NCBI GenBank assembly: GCA_046754245.1
Contig: JBHHVL010000001.1
Coordinates: 48,577 to 112,576 of the forward strand
DNA from: Candidatus Binatia bacterium
GTDB taxonomy: Bacteria; Desulfobacterota; Binatia; UBA1149
DNA: 64,000 bases
Direction of reading: 5' to 3'
In this document: in pieces, positions 48,508 to 57,381 of the stretch
Numbering within the stretch: position 1 is the stretch's first letter
How the letters are laid out: each line of letters begins with the position of its first letter
Translations under genes and position numbers: made by a program
Notes under the pieces: generated by a model
What the model was told of the DNA's origin: nothing
Seen by the model: only the letters and a program-made list of their open reading frames with translations
Database searches by the model: none

Positions 48508-49532
48508 TACCCCTCCACCGCGTCCTCGGAGCCGATACGGTCACCGAAGCCTTCGTGCCCATAAATAGTATCGTACCAGCGTAAGGTACGGAACCCCTCC
48601 CCGCGAGGAGCCATCCTCACCACCGTGCCAAGCTGAGCAAGGACCCTCCCCCGTTCGTCCTTTACCCGCGCCTCGATGGTGACGACCTGGGGGACGCCCA
48701 GCCTGGTGCCTACGCCGGTCTCACTGAAAAGATCCCGCAGATCCGTCGGAACCGCACGCCCCTTTCCGAGTCGATCGTCGCGGAGATCCAGTGCATCCTC
48801 TTGGTCTATACCGGTAAGCGCAACCATCACCGCCGGTCCAACGGTTTGTAGGTTCAGACGTTTACTGCCATTGAACACCGAAAACAGATCTCGTAGTCCG
48901 GGAACTGTGCTGTTCCCATAATATATGTCCGAAGATACCCCCCGTACGAGCAGCAGCTCCGCTACGCTGTCGAAGTCGCCGTTCTTGCAGCGGTACGGAC
49001 GAGGCAGGCTTTCGTAGTACTGGTCTTCCGCGCCGTTGGGCCTATGCAGATCGTCCTCGTCGCGCCAGTCTTCTACCGAATCAGCGACAGTTTCCGCCTC
49101 GAGCTCAGAATAGCCCAGGTTAAAGAGGATGTCTTCGATCACGTCGCGGTCGGTGTCGTTGAGCGAAAGGCGTCCGCCTTCGTCTATAACCCTCACCTCG
49201 TAAGGACTCCCATCAAAGCGGGCCTCGAGCCACTGACCGTCAGCCTGTACGAGTACATCCAGTGGGTCGAATTCCCTCTCTTCCTCGCCTCCTCCGTCCT
49301 GAGAGTTCGCACGTTGTTTTCCCCTTCGTTCATGCAGCAACATCAACACTTCGTTGACGCCAGCGACCGCGACGTAGTGAGCGATCCCCTCTCGCTTGAA
49401 GTTGGCTACACTCAGTGCTTCCTCGCGCATCGCCCTGGCAAATTCGCCCGCCATGACGGCGAGAACGGCGAAAGTCAACACGACGAGTATGAGTGCGACC
49501 CCGGACTCGCCGCCCCCCTCATTCGTCCTCAT
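48507..49532 (-). CDS. gspK: Type II secretion minor pseudopilin K
   Basis: G|VALILVV prepilin site, DEGGRLSLN, DWRDEDD, GAEDQYY, ELLLVRG. Confidence 0.9.
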   Translation of the reverse strand: MRTNEGGGESGVALILVVLTFAVLAVMAGEFARAMREEALSVANFKREGIAHYVAVAGVNEVLMLLHERRGKQRANSQDGGGEEEREFDPLDVLVQADGQWLEARFDGSPYEVRVIDEGGRLSLNDTDRDVIEDILFNLGYSELEAETVADSVEDWRDEDDLHRPNGAEDQYYESLPRPYRCKNGDFDSVAELLLVRGVSSDIYYGNSTVPGLRDLFSVFNGSKRLNLQTVGPAVMVALTGIDQEDALDLRDDRLGKGRAVPTDLRDLFSETGVGTRLGVPQVVTIEARVKDERGRVLAQLGTVVRMAPRGEGFRTLRWYDTIYGHEGFGDRIGSEDAVEG

Positions 49533-50274
49533 CGTCGAGTTCCTCATCGTCCTCGTCTTCGACGTCATCGCCACCGGCACTGCGACCGAACCTCCGCCGC
49601 GAACCCCTCACACTCCTGGCGCCCTGGTAATCGTCCTCTCCGGTGAACTCATTGAACGAGCCGACGTATACAGGGATTTCGTGTACCCACTGCGGGCCAT
49701 CGACCAGATCCGAACTCACTTCCACCCGCACGACCGAGGGCAGTTCATCCACCTCGGACGCGTCCCAACTGTCCTCCCAGTCGTCGATATCGTGGGAGGT
49801 TCTGAGGTACTTGAAGCGCAGTCTCCCCACGTCATGAAAAAGCGGCGTCGAAAGCGTAAAATCCTCGACACCGGAACCGAGCCTGTCGCCGACGGCGAAG
49901 GCAAACATCGGGATTTCGGACATCATCAACGTACCGTCTTCGTGCCAGTAGCTAACGACGCCCAACCCGCTCGAGTCCATCCGCTGGGGAGCCGCGGTCA
50001 CGAACTCGATGCTCTCCGAATCGCCCACGAAGAAGGGTTGGACCTCGTCGTCTTCATCGGCCAGCTTGATCGGTACCGACGAGCGAAGCTGCCGCACTAT
50101 CAAGGCCGTCGCGATGCGGAGCCGGCGCGCCTGCTCCGCCCGGCGCTCTCCCGCGCCTGCCGAACGCGCACCGATGACCACCACGCCGTAGATCGATACC
50201 GTGATCATGGCCATAACGGTCATGGCGATGAGCATTTCAACCATCGTAAAGCCCGTCTCATCACGCGGTTTCAT
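49519..50274 (-). CDS. gspJ: Type II secretion minor pseudopilin J (acidic C-terminal tail)
   Basis: G|FTMVEMLIA; position in the cluster. Confidence 0.82.
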   Translation of the reverse strand: MKPRDETGFTMVEMLIAMTVMAMITVSIYGVVVIGARSAGAGERRAEQARRLRIATALIVRQLRSSVPIKLADEDDEVQPFFVGDSESIEFVTAAPQRMDSSGLGVVSYWHEDGTLMMSEIPMFAFAVGDRLGSGVEDFTLSTPLFHDVGRLRFKYLRTSHDIDDWEDSWDASEVDELPSVVRVEVSSDLVDGPQWVHEIPVYVGSFNEFTGEDDYQGARSVRGSRRRFGRSAGGDDVEDEDDEELDDEDE

Positions 50275-50276
50275 GT

Positions 50277-50681
50277 TCAAAACGCCTCGACTAACCTGAC
50301 GGTCTTCAAGCCGAGGCTCTTGGGGCCGCTGATGCTCTTCCAACTCACGGTTACCTCGACGTGCCGGAGTTCGTAGTCATCCGTAACGCCGTCGCGAGTA
50401 CCCCCGTCGACAGAACCGAGCTGCGGATCCATGGCACTGACAACGACGCTCCAGTCGTAATCGCCTTCACGCCCCCTCTCCTCGCCTGGATCCAGATCTA
50501 CCCTCCACAAGGTCTCGTCGGCCAGCGCCCCGGCCAGCACCATGGCTTCGGTTTGGTGCGAGGCCGTCGCCGACACCCTGATGCTACCCGTGAACAGCTC
50601 GAGGCAAGCCACCAAGGCAACCGCCATCACAGCCGTGGCGACGATCACCTCGAGCAGCGAAAACCCGCGGGAGTTCCTCAC
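50277..50681 (-). CDS. gspI: Type II secretion minor pseudopilin I
   Basis: G|FSLLEVIVA; size and position. Confidence 0.82.
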   Translation of the reverse strand: MRNSRGFSLLEVIVATAVMAVALVACLELFTGSIRVSATASHQTEAMVLAGALADETLWRVDLDPGEERGREGDYDWSVVVSAMDPQLGSVDGGTRDGVTDDYELRHVEVTVSWKSISGPKSLGLKTVRLVEAF

Positions 50682-51214
50682 TCCCCCTCCTCCACCGCGA
50701 CCGTGCTGATCAGAGGGTTGATGGTAAGCACATAGGACTGGGATCCATCGCGGAGATGGTAGTTGATTTCGATGCTGCCGCCGCTCGAGCCCCCGCTCGG
50801 CGTGAAATCGAAAATCACTACGTCGCCTCGAAGGGCGTCCTCTTGGAGATAGCGGCCCCCTCCTATCGCCCCAAAATTCGCGAAGTCCGGGAGGCGCGCC
50901 GCGCGGTCGAACGACGTTTCACCGCCTGCCTCGTCGTCGGTGGCCGAACCGGGCTCTCGGTCCGTAACGGCGAACGTGCCTTCGGCGGGCCAGACCGCGA
51001 GCAGCGCCCGTTCCCGTCGGGTGACGGCCTGCAGGGACGCTGTGCGTACGGCGGCAACGAAGTGCTGCAGCGAACGTCTCACCTCGCGCTGGCGGCTTCC
51101 CGCACCGACCGATGGCATGACCAGAGCGGCAGCAGCGGCAGCGATCACCAGGACGATGATCAGCTCGATCAGGGTAAACCCCCCGTGGCTCCGACTGGAG
51201 TTGCTTCTCGGCAC
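50678..51214 (-). CDS. gspH: Type II secretion minor pseudopilin H
   Basis: G|FTLIELIIVL, FDFTPSGGSSGG. Confidence 0.82.
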   Translation of the reverse strand: MPRSNSSRSHGGFTLIELIIVLVIAAAAAALVMPSVGAGSRQREVRRSLQHFVAAVRTASLQAVTRRERALLAVWPAEGTFAVTDREPGSATDDEAGGETSFDRAARLPDFANFGAIGGGRYLQEDALRGDVVIFDFTPSGGSSGGSIEINYHLRDGSQSYVLTINPLISTVAVEEGE

Positions 51215-51226
51215 GGGGGATGACCT

Positions 51227-51658
51227 TCAATCGAGATTGGAAATATCGGCAGCGTCACTGTCGCCGCCGGCTCTGCCGTCCGCCCCTAGAGAGACCAGTC
51301 GGTACAGCTCATCATCACCACTCGGCTCGCTATACTGATACTCGTTTCCCCAGGGGTCTGGTGGAACGGCCTTGGGCAGATAGGGCCCGTCCCACATCTT
51401 CAGTCCACTCGGGCGTTCGATCAGAGCCTGCAGGCCTTCCTGGTTAGTAGGGTACCGGCCCACGTCCAGTGCAAAGGTATCGAGCGCTGTTCCCAAATTG
51501 GCGATTTGAACCCTCGCCGTCTTTGCTCGCGCTTTCGCTCCTTGGCGGATGAGATTCGGTCCGACCAGAGCCGCGAGCATCCCGAGAATCACCATGACCA
51601 GTAACAACTCGATCATGGTAAAACCGGACTGCGAAAAACGCGCACCGCGTATTGTCAT
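51227..51658 (-). CDS. gspG: Type II secretion major pseudopilin G
   Basis: G|FTMIELL, LDVGRYPT, GLQAL, WDGPYL, DPWGNEY, SLGADG; SD GGAGG before ATG 51658. Confidence 0.95.
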   Translation of the reverse strand: MTIRGARFSQSGFTMIELLLVMVILGMLAALVGPNLIRQGAKARAKTARVQIANLGTALDTFALDVGRYPTNQEGLQALIERPSGLKMWDGPYLPKAVPPDPWGNEYQYSEPSGDDELYRLVSLGADGRAGGDSDAADISNLD

Positions 51659-51691
51659 ACTAAACCGTACCTCCAAAATGCCGGCGGGAAC

Positions 51692-52924
51692 TTATCCCAC
51701 CAGTTCATTCACACTGAACACCGCGGACATCATCGAAATCACGATGAAACCAGCGATCAGGCCCATGATTACCAGCATCGCCGGCTCCAACAGAGACATG
51801 AGTCGGTTCACGGCGTTGGATACCTCTCTCTCGTAATGAGAACCGACTACCAGAAGCATTTCGTCCAAGCGGCCGGTATCCTCACCCACCTGAACCATCT
51901 GGAGCGCCAGCGAAGGAAAGACCGCACTACGTTCCAGCGGTACGGCCATCCCCTTCCCCTCACTGACGTCGCGCTGCACCGCCTCTAGCGCCCGCTTGAT
52001 GACCTCGTTCGATACCACCGCCCTTACAATTTCCAGGGATTGAATCAGCGGAACACCGCTCTTGAGCATCGTCCCCAGCGTGCGAGCAAAGTTCGCGACG
52101 TGGACCTTCTGCACAAAATCTCCTAGCAGCGGCAACGACAGTTTCCAGTTGTCGTAGCTCAGCCTACCCCGATCCGTAGATGTGTAACGCCGAAAGGCCT
52201 GCCACGCCCCAACCGCGACGAGTCCCAAGACCCACCAGTAGTCCTGAAGAAACCCGCTCATACCCATCACGAATCTCGTCGAGGCGGGCATCGCCGCACC
52301 CAGATCTTCGAACAACACCGCAAACTTCGGAAGCACGTATGTCAGAAGGATGACGATAGCCCCACTGCCAACGACGCCCAGAATCGCAGGATAGGTCATC
52401 GCCGACTTGATCTCTTCGCGTGTATTCTCCGCGGCCTCCAGATATTCGGCGAGTCTCTCCAGTATTGACTCGACCACCCCGCCGGCTTCGCCGGCTTTGA
52501 TCATGTTGATGTACAACGCGCTGAAAACCCTGGGGTGTCCCGACAGGGCTTGTGACATCGACTGTCCCTCGCGAACTTTGCCGAGCACGTCCTTGATGAT
52601 CTCACCTAGCGCGTCGTTCTCCGTGAGATTGGCGAGACTCTGGAGACTACGGTCTAGCGGAAGGCCGGCCCTGAGCAGCGTCGCCAGCTCGCGGGTGAAG
52701 GTCATGAGCTCGCGAGATTTCACGCGATTACGGCTGAGGATACGGTCGAGAGCCGGAAACGACATCGAGCCCGGAATACGATTCGACCTAGCCACGGCCA
52801 CGGAAAGCGGCCTCTGCCCTTGAACCCGAAGGTTGGCAACAACGACCGATTCGGCGTCGGCGTCCATGACGCCTTCTACGATATTGCCCTCCGAATCGAG
52901 GGCTTGGTAAGCATAGCTAGCCAT
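51692..52924 (-). CDS. gspF: Type II secretion inner-membrane platform protein F
   Basis: FTRELATLLRAGLPL, AGEAGG, AMTYP, VGEDTGRL, LLEP. Confidence 0.94.
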   Translation of the reverse strand: MASYAYQALDSEGNIVEGVMDADAESVVVANLRVQGQRPLSVAVARSNRIPGSMSFPALDRILSRNRVKSRELMTFTRELATLLRAGLPLDRSLQSLANLTENDALGEIIKDVLGKVREGQSMSQALSGHPRVFSALYINMIKAGEAGGVVESILERLAEYLEAAENTREEIKSAMTYPAILGVVGSGAIVILLTYVLPKFAVLFEDLGAAMPASTRFVMGMSGFLQDYWWVLGLVAVGAWQAFRRYTSTDRGRLSYDNWKLSLPLLGDFVQKVHVANFARTLGTMLKSGVPLIQSLEIVRAVVSNEVIKRALEAVQRDVSEGKGMAVPLERSAVFPSLALQMVQVGEDTGRLDEMLLVVGSHYEREVSNAVNRLMSLLEPAMLVIMGLIAGFIVISMMSAVFSVNELVG

Positions 52925-52938
52925 CGTGAAACAAGGAG

Positions 52939-52947
52939 ATTATACCA
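52939..52947 (-). promoter_or_regulatory. Consensus extended -10 promoter for the gsp operon
   Basis: TGgTATAAT ends 14 nt before the gspF ATG. Confidence 0.65.
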
Positions 52948-52976
52948 CGGCGCCGCGCCGCGCCGCAGCGGAACTC

Positions 52977-54143
52977 TCAGCCACCCTCGATCAACCCAAG
53001 TAGGGTGTTCAGAGCTTCGACCACTTCCAGCCAGCTTTTCTTCACAGTATCGGCGCTTTTGTCGCGCTCCTGGCCGAGCGGATCCGCGCCAGCCGCAGGA
53101 AGGTACCCCGTCCCAAGATAGTCCTCCAGCACGAGGGCCAGGCTGCCCGAATCACCGGCCCGCACCACCGCGTGCCGGCGGCCGCCAGGCAGGGCCTCGG
53201 CAAGCCCACCGGCGTCCGAGGCTATAACCCTCAAACCTGCTGCGACGGCCATAGGAATGACCCCACTCTGCGAAGCGCTGCGGTAGGGCGCGACCAGAAC
53301 GTCGGCCGCGGCCAGGAACGACCCGAGTTCGCCGTCACCGAGATAGCGATCCTCGACCTGAATGGAACCCGCCTTCGGGTGGGAGGCCAGCATCCGTCCT
53401 ACCCTGCCACGACCGAGATAGGATTCCCCGGCAATCAGCAGGCGCGCATCCGACGGCAGGCGGGCGTCCGCCCATGCTCGTACCAGAAGATCCAAGCCCT
53501 TGTATGGCCTCGCGTGTCCGAGAAACAGCGCCGTCGGCTGACCATCCTGCAGACCCAGATTCCTGCGGGCATCCCGTCGCGCCCGCGTGCCGGGAAACGA
53601 AGAGGAATCCAACAATATGGGCATGGGAGAGCTCTTGACCGCCACGCTCGGAAAACGCTCGGCGACTTGACCGGCGACACTGCACGAATGGCACAAGACC
53701 CCCGTCGCTTTCGACAGCACCCAAGAGGTCAACATCCGAGAGGCAGGAAATCGCTCGTGAGGCACGAGGTTGTGGCACACGACAACAAACGGTACCGGAC
53801 CGATTTCTTGCTGCGTGCGGTTCAGGATCGAGACGAGCGCCGGAGCAACGGCCGGATGCCACCACTGAACTAAACAAACTTCAGGCGAGAAAGCGATCAA
53901 GGAGTCTGCCGTAGAGCGCCAGCTGCCGGGGCGCATGGTATCGAGCAACGCGGCACCTAGTTCCACGTTGCCATGGGTCTGTCGGCGCCCCGGGAAGAGG
54001 CGGTGGGGGTAGAGACGGGAATAGGAAAAAACCTCGCAGTCCCAACCCCTGTCGGTCAGGGCTCGATGCAGCCCCCTGGTGTGGGCCGCTATGCCGCCAC
54101 GTAGCGGTGGCGCAGGACCGAGAACCACCGTGCGCACGCTCAA
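52977..54143 (-). CDS. Glycosyltransferase family 4
   Basis: GPAPPLRGGIA, CHNLVPHE, GHARPYKGL, PYRSASQSGV. Confidence 0.9.
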   Translation of the reverse strand: MSVRTVVLGPAPPLRGGIAAHTRGLHRALTDRGWDCEVFSYSRLYPHRLFPGRRQTHGNVELGAALLDTMRPGSWRSTADSLIAFSPEVCLVQWWHPAVAPALVSILNRTQQEIGPVPFVVVCHNLVPHERFPASRMLTSWVLSKATGVLCHSCSVAGQVAERFPSVAVKSSPMPILLDSSSFPGTRARRDARRNLGLQDGQPTALFLGHARPYKGLDLLVRAWADARLPSDARLLIAGESYLGRGRVGRMLASHPKAGSIQVEDRYLGDGELGSFLAAADVLVAPYRSASQSGVIPMAVAAGLRVIASDAGGLAEALPGGRRHAVVRAGDSGSLALVLEDYLGTGYLPAAGADPLGQERDKSADTVKKSWLEVVEALNTLLGLIEGG

Positions 54144-57100
54144 CCACCATCCCTCGGGGCATACCCGCGCCGGAGTTCGTTGAGTTTGTCCACGGCACCG
54201 CTGTCGTCTGGAAGGCGTTCAAGCATACCTATGAGCAGTTCCTCTCCTTCCCGATAACGACTTTGAGTGATGAGCAGATCGTAGAGTTCTTGGTACGGCC
54301 ACGCGCGGTAGGGGTCCAAGAGTATCGCTTTTTCAAGGTTCTCCTCCGCGGCCTCGGAGAACCCGAGTCGTCGCTGCACGCCAGCTTGAATCGTGTACGC
54401 ATCAGCGTAACGCCCGTCCAGGGAGATAGCCTTGCGGGAGTGGTACCACGCACCGAGTAAGCGGCCCCCACGAAGCCTCGCCCAGGCCGCGCAACCGCGA
54501 GCCCACGCGTTGTTGGAATCGGTCCTCAACGCGTTTCTCCACGCATCCATCGCGTCATCACCTCTCCCCTGACGATCCAGCAGCAAACCATACTCGACCC
54601 AGGCGTTGGCCAGCCCCTTGTCCCGCTGCAGTCCGAGCCGGAGCACCGCGAGAGCGTCATCGGGAAGACCCCTAGCTTCCAGTTCACGGGCCACCCCCAG
54701 GTAGGATCTGGCGGTCCGCGGGAATTCCCGCGCCAGATCCAGCAGGGGCGCGAGGTCCGCCGTCAAACGAGGACCCGAATCGGAACGGCGCGAACCGTGG
54801 CAAGATTCCGGGTCTCCGAGCACACGAACATCCGAAAGCGCGAAGGGGAACCCCAGAAGGCTGCGCACCTCCACCCTGATCGCCCGGCGCATCGCGCGCG
54901 AGAGTTCGAGAAAGATCGGGTGACCGTGAACGGCCCGATGGCGTCCGACCGAATCAGCGGCCACGACTTCCAGGACCTGCCTGGCGTTCAAGCGCATGAA
55001 GGGAACGAGCTCGATCCCCGTGACTTCGCACTCTGCACCAAGATCCAGTCGCATCGACACCTCTGACGGCCGCTCCGCCCATCGTGACCCGCCGACGGTC
55101 CAGCCGATGATATCGGTTTTTCCGATCGACAGCGGTACGGGATCCAGTTCGACGGCCAGCGGAGGCCCTCCGACCAGGCTACCAACGACGCCCGAGGGGA
55201 AACCCTCGATCGCCGCCGCCACGGGTTTGAAAGGCGCCAGCCAAGACGGAGATCCTCGGCGTGAGATGGTTCTCGCCCCTTGACCTCCTCGGCGATCGCC
55301 ACCGACCCTGTCGGGGATCTCCACGACGAAGAATTCGCTGTTCTCAAAAACAACGGTCCAGCCCCCCGGAAGCGCCTCGGCCAAGGCCAACCTCGACGCG
55401 GACCACGGCAGCCAGTCCCGCGAGAGAAGAAATCCCTTGGCGGTTCCAAGACTCAACCAGTCTTGCGCTTCCCCCGCCGGGACAAAGCGCCGACGAAAAA
55501 CAGCGTGGCTGACTCCATACCGCTCTGCTATTGCCGCTCGCCTCTCGGCCGAGCTGCGACTCGAAAAGAATTCCGCCCTATCGGCCAGTCTGCGGTAGGC
55601 TTCTGCTTCGTTACGAGAAAACACCACGGTACCACGCTCGGAGAACGCCACGACGGGCCTGCCGCTCATGGCCGGCAGCAGTTCGGAGAAACCGTAGGGT
55701 GCCAGCACGGGTCCGCGCCGTGGGGTTGAAGCAAGATACCGAAAGGTCGACAGCGCGTGGCCCTCTGGCCGCCTGGAACGCTCGTAGGGGTGCTTGCGCA
55801 TGCCCCTCCGCAGGCGATCCGCCGCGGTCGGCACCGATAACCCCACTGACACCAGCGCCAGCACCAGGATCGAGCCTACACGTCTCCAGTCCCAGACGAC
55901 ACGCCGCGCGGGAACGAACAGCAACGCCATCAGCAAGGGTACGGGGACAAGCCATCCGAGCCTGTAAAGCATCCACGGAACCAGCAGCCTTCCCACGGCA
56001 GCCGACACACCAGGCACGAATATCAACACGCACGGAACCAGCACGAGCGATAACAGGGTTGCGCTCTCTATCCTTCTCCGGTCTCGCCACAAGAGCACAG
56101 TAGAGGGCAGCAGCAGCAAGGCCGGCGGCCCGAAAACGGCCGCCGGATTGACGACGCTATACCAGCGGTCGGGCCAAAACAGCCTCCCCAAGGCCCAGTG
56201 TGCCCGCACCACGGGGTTATCGACCTGCGAAACGCCGATACCCTGTGCGTCGAAGATCCCGCCGAGCGTAAGCCCCTGCCACAGCGGGTACAGAAGCGGC
56301 AACCCGGTGGCGAGCAGGAGGGCGATCAGACTCCGATCCAGCACAGAACGCCTACGGCCCGCGAGGTAGGCGAGGAACAGCGCCCCGACACCAACCAAGC
56401 TCACGGCGTATATCAGCCCGTGGACGCTCACGGTCGCGACCGCGCAAGAAAGAACCAGCAGCAACACCAGCGGCCGCGGCCTGCGCAGGTACAGTGCACA
56501 GCACGCGAGCAGCGCAGGCATGAGTACCAAGCCCGCGACGAACTTGTCCTGATACAGGCGTGTAAAGAACGGCAGGCTCTCAGTTCCGTACAGCCACAAG
56601 GGAGTGCAGAGCAGGGCCGCCGTCCGCGTGGATCTCGCCTCCCTTCCAAGAACCGCCTCTGCCAGCATGGCAACCGCCGAAACCGCCAACAGGCACACCC
56701 ACACGGCCAGTGGCCCGGACTGGAAATCCATGGAATCGATCCCCGTCAGGTCCGACACCAAGGCCTGCAACATCAGCCAACCGTTCCAGACGAAGCGTGG
56801 ATGTACGAAATCACTGCGGAAAAACGGCTCGGAGGCGCTAAAGTACCCCAACTCTATCCACGAGCGAACGTAGGCCAGATCCCACCAGTCGTCGACGCTT
56901 CCTCCCGAATGAGCCACGACAGCTGGCAGCAAGGCGAGCAAGGCCAGGCCAGCGGCCATCCAGGCAATCCGGTCGCGGGGCCAAGCCGCGTTCGCCGGTC
57001 CCCCGGCCGATTCATCCCGGCTGAGTCCGAATACGGCGGTCGCAATGAAGACAAGGGCAAGCGAAAGGGCGGCCTCGGACAAGGGCTGGCCCCAGAGGAG

Positions 57101-57376
57101 CTGAGGGACCAAACCGGCGTTGAGCAGGGCAAGAGAAACCGCGCACTCAAGCGCGAAGCGCCCCGGGCCCGCAAGGAGATCCCGGATATCCGTGCGGTCC
57201 CCGGCCACCCTGGTGCCCGACATCGCCGTATCAACCAGAGCGCGGGCCAACACCGAGCCCGGAAGCCACAGCAAAACCAACAGCAACACCGAGGGGGAAA
57301 GAGAGGTCCACAGGCCCAACGGGCCTGCCGTCCCCAGGAGAAGAAGAGCTAGGGCGCCCAGGCGAGGGGTAGACAC
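54140..57376 (-). CDS. Large polytopic membrane protein (GT-C-like) with beta-sandwich domain and C-terminal TPRs
   Basis: More than 12 hydrophobic segments in the first ~520 aa, acidic loop DDWWD, soluble region, LDLG..EVTGIEL pattern, several TPRs. Confidence 0.75.
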   Translation of the reverse strand: MSTPRLGALALLLLGTAGPLGLWTSLSPSVLLLVLLWLPGSVLARALVDTAMSGTRVAGDRTDIRDLLAGPGRFALECAVSLALLNAGLVPQLLWGQPLSEAALSLALVFIATAVFGLSRDESAGGPANAAWPRDRIAWMAAGLALLALLPAVVAHSGGSVDDWWDLAYVRSWIELGYFSASEPFFRSDFVHPRFVWNGWLMLQALVSDLTGIDSMDFQSGPLAVWVCLLAVSAVAMLAEAVLGREARSTRTAALLCTPLWLYGTESLPFFTRLYQDKFVAGLVLMPALLACCALYLRRPRPLVLLLVLSCAVATVSVHGLIYAVSLVGVGALFLAYLAGRRRSVLDRSLIALLLATGLPLLYPLWQGLTLGGIFDAQGIGVSQVDNPVVRAHWALGRLFWPDRWYSVVNPAAVFGPPALLLLPSTVLLWRDRRRIESATLLSLVLVPCVLIFVPGVSAAVGRLLVPWMLYRLGWLVPVPLLMALLFVPARRVVWDWRRVGSILVLALVSVGLSVPTAADRLRRGMRKHPYERSRRPEGHALSTFRYLASTPRRGPVLAPYGFSELLPAMSGRPVVAFSERGTVVFSRNEAEAYRRLADRAEFFSSRSSAERRAAIAERYGVSHAVFRRRFVPAGEAQDWLSLGTAKGFLLSRDWLPWSASRLALAEALPGGWTVVFENSEFFVVEIPDRVGGDRRGGQGARTISRRGSPSWLAPFKPVAAAIEGFPSGVVGSLVGGPPLAVELDPVPLSIGKTDIIGWTVGGSRWAERPSEVSMRLDLGAECEVTGIELVPFMRLNARQVLEVVAADSVGRHRAVHGHPIFLELSRAMRRAIRVEVRSLLGFPFALSDVRVLGDPESCHGSRRSDSGPRLTADLAPLLDLAREFPRTARSYLGVARELEARGLPDDALAVLRLGLQRDKGLANAWVEYGLLLDRQGRGDDAMDAWRNALRTDSNNAWARGCAAWARLRGGRLLGAWYHSRKAISLDGRYADAYTIQAGVQRRLGFSEAAEENLEKAILLDPYRAWPYQELYDLLITQSRYREGEELLIGMLERLPDDSGAVDKLNELRRGYAPRDGG

Positions 57377-57381
57377 CGCTC

